Source: a virus
Taxonomy: Duplodnaviria > Heunggongvirae > Uroviricota > Caudoviricetes
Virus record (IMG/VR): IMGVR_UViG_2617270987_000001
DNA length: 5,673 nt
Direction: 5' to 3' (one strand)
The notes beneath the pieces are model-generated. The model saw only the letters and a list, made by a program, of their open reading frames with translations. It searched no databases and was not told the DNA's origin. A program made the position numbers and the translations under genes. Positions 1 to 5,628 of the stretch are shown here, piece after piece (the stretch's first letter is position 1; each line of letters starts with the position of its first letter).

Positions 1-1160
1 TCACGCTCTACAGATGGTTCGACTTCCACTTTGCATTCGGTTTTTTCGTTGTCCGGAATTGCCGTTTCCACTGCATCAGTTTCTGGTACTGGCGACGAGA
101 GAGTATCAGTTGCGCTCTGATTTCTTCCTTCATCTTCAAACACGCCCTTTGTAGTCAGGTATTCAGTAATGTATTTGTTCAGTGCCACAGGGTCTTTGTG
201 AATGTCGATCGGACGTTCACGGACAAGGCCAAAAATAGTCTGGCGGTCGTAGCGAAGGGCATCAGGCTGTTTGCGCATTGATGCCGAGATACGCTTCCAG
301 TCTTCGCGGTCGTTGTCGATAACTTCATTTTTTGCCCAGCGATGGATGCTGCCGTCAATGTTTCCGGCATCCACATCACCAGGCCAGAGAGCGTAGGCCA
401 GTTCGTCATCCAGTGTTTTCCATGTCTGCTTGTATTCGCGATGAATGGCAGCAATGACCAGGCTGATTTTTCCTGTTGAATTTTCAGTGTGTTGTTGATT
501 GACTCTGGCGCGGGCGAGATCAACAACAGACGTGTATTTTCCGGTTTCCTTGCGTTCACCTTCGCGACGTTTTTTCCAGATGCGCATCTCTGCCTGAATT
601 TCGGGCCATTTGGCACCAGGCTTACATTTATGCTTAACCCACCCGATGGCATGCAGCTTAAGCTCCGGATACATGGCGTTAACATCTGGCATTTTCATCA
701 ACGCTTCAACGATATGTCCGTCGAATGTTGCCATGTCTTCCTGCAACAATTCCTGTGCGCTAATAACCATATCAACGGTGATGTTTTCACATGTGTCGAA
801 CTTAACCATGACAGCGTTCTGTACTTCAGGGGCCAGCTTGTCAAAAGTGACGTTCATCGGATCGGATTCAGTCTCAATCGGGACAAAGGAAGCAGACTCC
901 TCATCCCAGCGGTTTTCCTGCATATATTCAGCATCCCAGGAATCGAGGGCAGGGCGGGGTATACCGGGTTTATCCTCGCAGACAAGAAATTTATAAGCGC
1001 AGTCCTGAGCAGCCGGATAATGTTCCAGGAATTGCCAGTGAAATTTTGCGCGGGCGCGACGTTCATCACCGGCTTCAATGGCAGTGGCTACAGCGACGGC
1101 ACCTTCTTCCTTTATTGCCTGTTCGTCCGGAATGGCGGCGCAAATAAAGACTTTACTCAT
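1..1160 (-). CDS. Large hypothetical early-operon protein, N-terminal 386 codons only (3' end beyond left edge); RecE-like by position only
   Basis: I translated the minus strand from ATG 1160 by hand: the frame stays open to position 3 with no stop. GAGGT lies 8 nt upstream of the ATG. N-terminus MSKVFICAAIPDEQAIKEEGAVAVATAIEAGDE, acidic. Absent from the supplied track, presumably because it has no in-window stop. No family recognised. Confidence 0.8.
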   Translation of the reverse strand, partial: MSKVFICAAIPDEQAIKEEGAVAVATAIEAGDERRARAKFHWQFLEHYPAAQDCAYKFLVCEDKPGIPRPALDSWDAEYMQENRWDEESASFVPIETESDPMNVTFDKLAPEVQNAVMVKFDTCENITVDMVISAQELLQEDMATFDGHIVEALMKMPDVNAMYPELKLHAIGWVKHKCKPGAKWPEIQAEMRIWKKRREGERKETGKYTSVVDLARARVNQQHTENSTGKISLVIAAIHREYKQTWKTLDDELAYALWPGDVDAGNIDGSIHRWAKNEVIDNDREDWKRISASMRKQPDALRYDRQTIFGLVRERPIDIHKDPVALNKYITEYLTTKGVFEDEGRNQSATDTLSSPVPETDAVETAIPDNEKTECKVEVEPSVER

Positions 1161-1239
1161 TTTGTTTTACCTCATTACAGATTTAAGGGTGAACAAATCC
1201 CTGCCATTGCTGGCATATAAAAATGAAACTGGATATTAA

Positions 1240-1443
1240 TTACGGCGCTGTTTTTAATCCTGCCGGGATTTCGTTATTGTCCATGTGAATAACTTTATCG
1301 TCCGGATAACAGTTGCCGGGAATTTTCTGTTCCGCTGCGGCAGCCATGCATTCTTTCATTGAGTTGTACATGCCGGTGATTGCATCAAGCGACTCACCAG
1401 TATTGAGATGTACAGTCAGAATGAGTACGAATAATGTGTTCAT
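1240..1443 (-). CDS. Small hypothetical protein (67 aa) with N-terminal hydrophobic segment (possible signal peptide or membrane anchor) and two Cys
   Basis: ATG at 1443 preceded by GGAGAG. Its start overlaps the stop of the upstream gene as ATGA (1440-1443), typical translational coupling. N-terminus MNTLFVLILTVHLNTG is hydrophobic. The track starts it at a GTG two codons upstream. Confidence 0.6.
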   Translation of the reverse strand: MNTLFVLILTVHLNTGESLDAITGMYNSMKECMAAAAEQKIPGNCYPDDKVIHMDNNEIPAGLKTAP

Positions 1444-1628
1444 CGCCACTCTCCGAAAATACCGAGTTTAAGAAGGGCAATTCTGGAGAGTATGGAATTG
1501 TCATTCAGCAGGTAGGGTTCATATTTTCTCATATTGATTGCATCCTCGGTGAAATCCCTGTTACTGAGCAGAACACCAATATTAAAGCACCCGTCAGACG
1601 TATTAACGTTTGGTAGTGACGTTTCCAT
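1440..1628 (-). CDS. Small hypothetical protein (62 aa)
   Basis: ATG at 1628 with GAGGA 7 nt upstream; starts 10 nt after the rha stop and overlaps the next start by 4 nt. No family recognised. Confidence 0.55.
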   Translation of the reverse strand: METSLPNVNTSDGCFNIGVLLSNRDFTEDAINMRKYEPYLLNDNSILSRIALLKLGIFGEWR

Positions 1629-1638
1629 TATCGCGTCC

Positions 1639-2196
1639 TCAACAATGAATTTTTAGCAATTGCTCCACAGTCATATTTTTAATTGCGCTCCGGTTTACAA
1701 GAGTCCATCCTTGTTTCTCCAGATAAAACCGGAAGGTATCCAGGGTGCAGACCATTGCGCCGTCAGGAACGGTTTCAGTGAATTTGATATTGCCGTGTTC
1801 GTCGAGACGGATAACCAGGGTGCGTCCGTCCCCGTGAATCATTTTGTCGGGAGACGGGGCGTTATTCTGGCGCAGTTCTGCTTCCATGCGGTCGAACTCA
1901 GCAATGTATGCCTCTTTAAATGCAGCGGCTTTTTTGCCAGTGAAGCCCATCACCAGGAAAACGAAGCCGTTTTTGGTGATTTGGTACATTGGGAGTTTGC
2001 GCCCGGTTGAGTCGGTGTATTCGCTCGACACAAAATTGTGCTCAGTGAATTTTGCTGAACAGTCCAGATTGCGAATTTTATCCAACACTCGTTCGTGGCG
2101 TTTGCCAAAGAACTCGGCGATCGCAACAGACGTAGTGACAGCGCGACCATTTTCGATGGTTACGTCAGGGTGAGAAAGGGTAAGGATAGTAGCCAT
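1639..2196 (-). CDS. rha: Phage regulatory protein Rha (Rha-family N-terminal domain), 185 aa
   Basis: Sequence from MATILTLSHPDVTIENGRAVTTSVAIAEFFGKRHERVLDKIRNL ... GFVFLVMGFTGKKAAAFKEAYIAEFDRME matches the conserved Rha-domain pattern as I recall it. ATG 2196 has GGAGG 8 nt upstream. The track ORF runs a further 99 codons upstream to 2493, but those codons are G/R/P-rich and contain a promoter and hairpin, so I take 2196 as the start. Confidence 0.85.
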   Translation of the reverse strand: MATILTLSHPDVTIENGRAVTTSVAIAEFFGKRHERVLDKIRNLDCSAKFTEHNFVSSEYTDSTGRKLPMYQITKNGFVFLVMGFTGKKAAAFKEAYIAEFDRMEAELRQNNAPSPDKMIHGDGRTLVIRLDEHGNIKFTETVPDGAMVCTLDTFRFYLEKQGWTLVNRSAIKNMTVEQLLKIHC

Positions 2197-2365
2197 GATG
2201 GCAGCCTCCGCGATGAATTTGATTAACTCACCACCGAGGTTTTCCACGACCATAAGGGTGGTGAGACGTACAGGGGTGGAAATACCGGTCATCACGGAAC
2301 CCGGCCAGCCTTGCGGCTGCCCTGCACGCCCCACCATAATGCGAATGTGGCTGTGCTTAACGCAT

Positions 2366-2388
2366 AAAAAAACCGCCTGAGCGCGGTT
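2366..2388 (-). terminator. Candidate intrinsic terminator (short GC stem plus U7) on the minus strand
   Basis: Minus strand reads AACCGC-GCUCAG-GCGGUU followed by a run of seven U (plus 2366-2372 is AAAAAAA). The stem is only about 6 bp including two A-U pairs, so it is weak. Confidence 0.35.
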
Positions 2389-2448
2389 ATGCGCCGTGAA
2401 TGATTTCGGGTTTCCACGCCCGGCACCCGTTTTATGAGGTGCAGGTGC

Positions 2449-2477
2449 ACTATAATTCCACCCGTTCTGGTTTTCAA
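2449..2477 (-). promoter_or_regulatory. Sigma70-like promoter on minus strand: TTGAAA, 17-nt spacer, TATAGT
   Basis: Read base by base on the minus strand: -35 TTGAAA (2477-2472), spacer ACCAGAACGGGTGGAAT (17 nt), -10 TATAGT (2454-2449). Predicted start near 2442, about 77 nt upstream of the end of the U-run. Confidence 0.45.
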
Positions 2478-2675
2478 TAGCTACATTCAACATTTTCTCT
2501 ACCTTTCATCACCTAAGTGAACTTTGTGATGCGGTGCCTGGTGCCTCCAGGTGACATTAACCAGTTAACAATTAACGCCGGATGATTCACCCATAACACT
2601 TGTGTTTTTAACTGTTCTGCGTGCGCTGAGCCGCATTCACCGCATCACGAAATTCACTTTTTACTTCATAGACCG

Positions 2676-2684
2676 TGATATGAT
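2676..2684 (+). promoter_or_regulatory. Candidate extended -10 promoter (TGaTATGAT) for the DUF1883-like gene
   Basis: TG at 2676-2677, one base, then TATGAT at 2679-2684, about 30 nt upstream of ATG 2714. No convincing -35. Confidence 0.3.
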
Positions 2685-2713
2685 TTAGCTTTCCACAGTA
2701 AAAAGGAGTGTTT

Positions 2714-2977
2714 ATGTCCCATATACATAGTCGTGAACACATGAATGATGGTGACCTTGTCAGGGTTCAATGTTCACACCAGATTAATGTTTTATTAATG
2801 GATGATTCAAATTACCAGGCTTTCAAGCGGGGCGGGCGTTTTACCTATTACGGCGGTTTCTATGAACGATTCCCTGCCAATATTACCGTGCCCCACTCGG
2901 GTTACTGGAATGTTGTATTAGCACTCCCTCCCGGTCATCGAGCCAATATCAGATACTCCATTAACGTTATCAGATAG
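2714..2977 (+). CDS. DUF1883-like small protein (87 aa), function unknown
   Basis: ATG 2714 with AGGAG at 2704-2708. The sequence GDLVRVQCSHQINVLLMDDSNYQAFKRGGRFTYYGGFYERFPANITVPHSGYWNVVLALPPGHRANIRYSINVI fits the conserved DUF1883 pattern as I remember it (V.V..... NV.LMD..N...Y..G....Y.GG.......VP..G.W.VV). Opposite strand to its neighbours; GC about 44 percent by hand count. Confidence 0.75.
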   Translation: MSHIHSREHMNDGDLVRVQCSHQINVLLMDDSNYQAFKRGGRFTYYGGFYERFPANITVPHSGYWNVVLALPPGHRANIRYSINVIR

Positions 2978-3139
2978 CAGAATTTGGCTTGTCGCCTGAG
3001 TTAATGCACTTGCAAGGGCGGTAATGATTTTTTGTTGAGTACCGTCCTTTATAAAAGTCATATTCATTATGTGTTTCTGGCTGACGGTATCGTATGACCA
3101 GAGCAGCTTATTATTCCCGTCTGTGCATTGAACTATCAT
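2918..3139 (-). CDS. Small early protein, 73 aa, KilR-like by size and position (unverified)
   Basis: ATG 3139 with GGAGG 4 nt upstream (short spacer); the track extends it to a TTG at 3214. Protein MIVQCTDGNNKLLWSYDTVSQKH... Length matches my recollection of Rac KilR (73 aa) and the gene sits between the small genes and rha; similarity not verified. Confidence 0.55.
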   Translation of the reverse strand: MIVQCTDGNNKLLWSYDTVSQKHIMNMTFIKDGTQQKIITALASALTQATSQILLSDNVNGVSDIGSMTGREC

Positions 3140-3181
3140 TTTTCCTCCGGTTAGACCCCATATATCTATAGCAGTATGAGT

Positions 3182-3261
3182 TATGGCGGGGTTGTCACTT
3201 AAGCGTATGGTCAACCTGACAACCCGGTGTCCTCAACGGGGGAAGGAATAACCCCGCCATA
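3182..3261. repeat. Nested inverted repeats: 12-bp perfect IR TATGGCGGGGTT / AACCCCGCCATA enclosing inner IR GGTTGTCA / TGACAACC
   Basis: Indexed directly: 3182-3193 TATGGCGGGGTT and 3250-3261 AACCCCGCCATA are exact reverse complements; 3190-3197 GGTTGTCA and 3217-3224 TGACAACC likewise. Confidence 0.5.
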
Positions 3262-3499
3262 CTTACCGCCGCGCCATTTCGCGGAGTGCCACAACCGGAA
3301 GCGCACGGTCGAAGAAATTAACGACAAGCCTCATAGGTGAAGGCCTTCGCCGTACGCTTTCGTGTTATGCCCTGACTTTTCAGGGAAATATCCTTTCAGT
3401 AAACTGTCAGTGCCGGATTCTTATCCGTGTCCGGCGCACGACCACACGTAGCCCCGTATTGGTCTCCATTTCTAACCCAGAACCTAAATGGAGGATAAA

Positions 3500-3784
3500 A
3501 TGGCAAAATTTACAGTCAGGATCGAACTTCGCGATTCCAGTTCCGCTGATTACGATAAGCTTCATGAACGAATGGAAGCAAAGGGATTCTCCAGAACGAT
3601 TACAACCTCTTTAGGGAACACCTACCGTCTTCCTAATGCCGAATATATATATTCAAGCAAGAATGAAGACAAAGAATCTGTTGCTGACCTTGCTGAATCA
3701 GTGGCCTCAAAAGTTAAGAAAAATCCCGGTGTTCTTGTTACCGAATCTAATGGGCGCTATGTAAAAAACTTAGATGATGCTTAA
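3500..3784 (+). CDS. Hypothetical small protein (94 aa), unrecognised family, plus-strand insert at the position sieB occupies in Rac
   Basis: ATG 3500 with GGAGG at 3490-3494 and a 5-nt spacer; the track's upstream ATG 3488 has no RBS. Protein MAKFTVRIELRDSSSADYDKLHERMEAKGFSRTITTSLGNTYRLPNAEYIY... Stop overlaps the stop of the convergent 48-aa gene by 4 nt. Visibly AT-rich. Confidence 0.8.
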   Translation: MAKFTVRIELRDSSSADYDKLHERMEAKGFSRTITTSLGNTYRLPNAEYIYSSKNEDKESVADLAESVASKVKKNPGVLVTESNGRYVKNLDDA

Positions 3785-3927
3785 CCTTCATCATCACGAC
3801 CTGACTCAATAGCGTACAATGCCAGCCAGATGCGGGCTTCAGTGCCTGCATTTGGTTCCAGTTGCTGGAGGCGTTTTGCATCCTCCAGAAGCAGAGCGAT
3901 AACGTGTTTTAATTCTGTTTCGTTCAT
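3781..3927 (-). CDS. Tiny early protein (48 aa), YdaG/YdaF-class by size and position
   Basis: Translated by hand: MNETELKHVIALLLEDAKRLQQLEPNAGTEARIWLALYAIESGRDDEG. ATG 3927 with AGGTG 7 nt upstream; starts 1 nt after the stop of the 51-aa gene. Below the track's length cutoff. Confidence 0.6.
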   Translation of the reverse strand: MNETELKHVIALLLEDAKRLQQLEPNAGTEARIWLALYAIESGRDDEG

Positions 3928-3928
3928 T

Positions 3929-4084
3929 TTATTCACCTGAATGTCTTACCAACCAACGACGCGCGCCAGATTCGGTTTTAAACGTTTTGCTTTTGGTATA
4001 CGTCATCGCGGTGAACGTTCCGTCCTGGTTGGGAAACACGCCGTATACCAGAGATTCGTTGTTGCCAAGATCGATAGTATCCAT
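3929..4084 (-). CDS. Tiny early protein (51 aa), first gene of the leftward operon; YdaF/YdaG-class by size and position
   Basis: ATG 4084 with GAGG 5 nt upstream; protein MDTIDLGNNESLVYGVFPNQDGTFTAMTYTKSKTFKTESGARRWLVRHSGE. An in-frame upstream ATG at 4162 (GAGG 9 nt upstream) would give 77 aa; I cannot tell which is used. Confidence 0.6.
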   Translation of the reverse strand: MDTIDLGNNESLVYGVFPNQDGTFTAMTYTKSKTFKTESGARRWLVRHSGE

Positions 4085-4263
4085 GTTGACCTCATTTCCC
4101 CTTAACGCCGGGGTAGCGGAACAAAAACCTGCTGCATAGTTAAAGTTGAACCCTGCCGTCATGTTCTTACGCCTCGGGCTGGCTACTTAACCCCTGACCA
4201 CTGCCTGGTAACTCAAAGTATTGCCCTGCATTCTGTGGGGCGGGGTGGGTTGGTATGAAAAGA

Positions 4264-4304
4264 AGGATACCCATAGGTATTTAAAAAGTAAATACCCATG
4301 GGTA
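4264..4304 (-). promoter_or_regulatory. OL/PL-like region: two palindromic operators overlapping a leftward promoter
   Basis: TACCCATAGGTA (4268-4279) and perfect palindrome TACCCATGGGTA (4293-4304), centres 25 bp apart. Minus-strand promoter candidate -35 TTTACT (4292-4287), 17-nt spacer, -10 TATCCT (4269-4264). Confidence 0.5.
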
Positions 4305-4346
4305 ACTTTTTGCGGTGTCTTAACTGGTGACTAGTTGTTTGGTGAG

Positions 4347-4766
4347 CTATGATGCGTTTTGTGCTTTCTTTTTACGGATTTCTTCGTAGATCATATTGTA
4401 ATACTGTTTTTTCTCTTCAAGAGTTTTTAATAATTTATCCGCTTCACTTTCTGGCAGTTCGTCTAAGAGATCTAAAAAAATACGTTGTCGTGGCGTTAGA
4501 ACCCTTGTTTCATAACTGGAGGCTGTGTTCGTTGATGATGAAACGATACCATCCATCCATCCCCGGGGTAACCCAAAGGACTCTTCGATAATCTCCACCA
4601 TATCATCAGCGATCCGTTTTTTTCCCTTTTTCCCCTCTGGGTACAACATTCTTGATACATAAGAAGGCTCGCGCCCGATCTTTCTGGCCACGTTAACCGC
4701 TTTACCATCGCATTTCTCATCACGAATTTTGATGAGTTGCTGTCGTCTAAATTCATATTTGTCCAT
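4347..4766 (-). CDS. Prophage repressor, cI/RacR-like HTH protein (139 aa), no peptidase domain evident
   Basis: HTH-like segment AVNVARKIGREPSYVSRML near the N-terminus. Located between the two operator clusters and divergent from the Cro-like gene. No SD upstream of ATG 4766. Confidence 0.8.
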   Translation of the reverse strand: MDKYEFRRQQLIKIRDEKCDGKAVNVARKIGREPSYVSRMLYPEGKKGKKRIADDMVEIIEESFGLPRGWMDGIVSSSTNTASSYETRVLTPRQRIFLDLLDELPESEADKLLKTLEEKKQYYNMIYEEIRKKKAQNAS

Positions 4767-4841
4767 AGGTAAATAATAGATGCGATTACTGCAAGGTAAA
4801 CAACCTGTGGGTATTGACTTTTGTTTACCTGTAGGTATTCT
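4760..4841. promoter_or_regulatory. OR-like region: three operator-like sites with divergent PR-like and PRM-like promoters
   Basis: TACCTGTAGGTA (4826-4837), AACCTGTGGGTA (4802-4813, centres 24 bp apart) and a weaker TGTCCATAGGTA (4760-4771) over the repressor start. Plus-strand promoter TTGACT (4814-4819), 16 nt, TATTCT (4836-4841). Minus-strand -10 TATTAT (4778-4773) lies 6 nt before the repressor ATG. Confidence 0.5.
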
Positions 4842-4866
4842 TTGCTGTGTTTACTAAGGAGTAGCT

Positions 4867-5148
4867 ATGGAAGAATTAAGAATATTTCTCAATTCTCTTT
4901 CGTCAGATGAACAGCGTATGTTTGCATGCGAGTGTGGTACCAGCATCGGTTATCTAAGAAAGGCATTGAGTAAAGGTCAAGTGTTAGGGGCATCGTTATG
5001 TGTCCTTATTGAGCGAGCCAGTAATGGTGAAGTTACACGTCAGCAACTAAGGCCTTTTGATTGGATGAATATTTGGCCCGAGCTGGAAGATACCAAAACG
5101 TTAACACAACCACTTTCTAGGAGCTTGATTCATGAAAATCAAGCATGA
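4867..5148 (+). CDS. ydaS: Cro-like HTH regulator of the YdaS family (93 aa)
   Basis: AAGGAG at 4856-4861, 5-nt spacer, ATG 4867. First rightward gene, divergent from the repressor. The FACECGTSIGYLRKALSKGQ ... LRPFDW pattern resembles YdaS/Cro-like proteins. Overlaps the next gene by 17 nt. Confidence 0.8.
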   Translation: MEELRIFLNSLSSDEQRMFACECGTSIGYLRKALSKGQVLGASLCVLIERASNGEVTRQQLRPFDWMNIWPELEDTKTLTQPLSRSLIHENQA

Positions 5149-5557
5149 ACACATCCGCATGGCGATGAATGCCTGGGCGCGTCCTGATGGCGAAAAAGTT
5201 CCAGCAGCTGGAATAACCCAGGCTTATTTTGAGTTGGGTATGACGTTTCCTGAACTGTATGACGACAGCCATCCGGAAGCCCTGGCTCGCAATACCCAGA
5301 AAATTTTCCGCTGGGTAGAGAAAGACACCTCTGATGCAGTTGAAAAAATTCAGGCGTTGTTACCAGCGATCGAAAAGGCAATGCCACCTTTGCTGGTGGC
5401 CAGAATGCGCAGCCACAGTTCAGCTTATTTTCGGGAGCTGGTGGAGACGCGGGAGCGACTGGTGAGAGACGCTGATGATTTTGTCGCAGTGGCAATCGCC
5501 GGTTTCAATCAGATGAACCGTGGTGGCCCGGCAGGAAATGCTGTGGCAGTACATTGA
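5132..5557 (+). CDS. ydaT: YdaT-family protein (141 aa)
   Basis: AGGAG at 5119-5123, ATG 5132. Begins MKIKHEHI and ends VH, as I recall for Rac YdaT; immediately follows and overlaps the ydaS-like gene. Confidence 0.8.
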   Translation: MKIKHEHIRMAMNAWARPDGEKVPAAGITQAYFELGMTFPELYDDSHPEALARNTQKIFRWVEKDTSDAVEKIQALLPAIEKAMPPLLVARMRSHSSAYFRELVETRERLVRDADDFVAVAIAGFNQMNRGGPAGNAVAVH

Positions 5558-5628
5558 CTGACAATAGCCATATCGAATCGCTTCCGGCAACTCGTGAGTA
5601 AAAAGATTCGGTATCAGAAGAGGTGAGT

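Noticed and set aside
179-1078. Track ORFs 179..685 (-), 854..1078 (-) and 610..996 (+)
   Set aside because: Out-of-frame or antisense overlaps of the large minus-strand CDS; no independent RBS support.
489-1220. 243-aa plus-strand ORF from the track
   Set aside because: Antisense to the long minus-strand ORF that has a proper RBS and an open frame to the window edge. Its product is F/L-rich with no recognisable domain.
1434-2173. Track ORFs 1434..1616 (+), 1660..2010 (+), 1844..2173 (+) and 1950..2150 (-)
   Set aside because: Lie inside or antisense to the rha and 62-aa coding regions; rha is supported by clear family motifs, these are not.
2195-2477. Track ORFs 2195..2380 (+) and 2292..2477 (-)
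   Set aside because: Fall in the promoter/hairpin leader upstream of rha, with no RBS and G/R/P-rich translations. The region is better explained as non-coding regulatory RNA.
2978-3033. Possible terminator after the DUF1883-like gene (CTTGCAAG palindrome and T-run near 3027-3032)
   Set aside because: No stable GC stem directly precedes the T-run, and the segment lies inside the KilR-like coding region.
3370-3385. Lambda-type nut site (boxA plus boxB)
   Set aside because: Only a partial boxB resemblance; no boxA consensus nearby and no N-like gene in the window.
4236-4252. G-rich tract GGGGCGGGGTGGGTTGG (possible G-quadruplex)
   Set aside because: The fourth G-run is only two bases and the tract sits in a promoter-proximal leader; composition alone is insufficient.
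4349-4756. Track ORFs 4349..4591 (+) and 4496..4756 (-)
   Set aside because: Antisense or out-of-frame overlaps of the HTH repressor gene.
5392-5399. Chi site GCTGGTGG on the plus strand inside the ydaT-like gene
   Set aside because: A single Chi octamer in 5.7 kb is about what is expected for enterobacterial DNA; no evidence of special significance.
5139-5495. 118-aa minus-strand ORF from the track
   Set aside because: Antisense to the ydaT-like gene, which is supported by RBS, family N-terminus and synteny.
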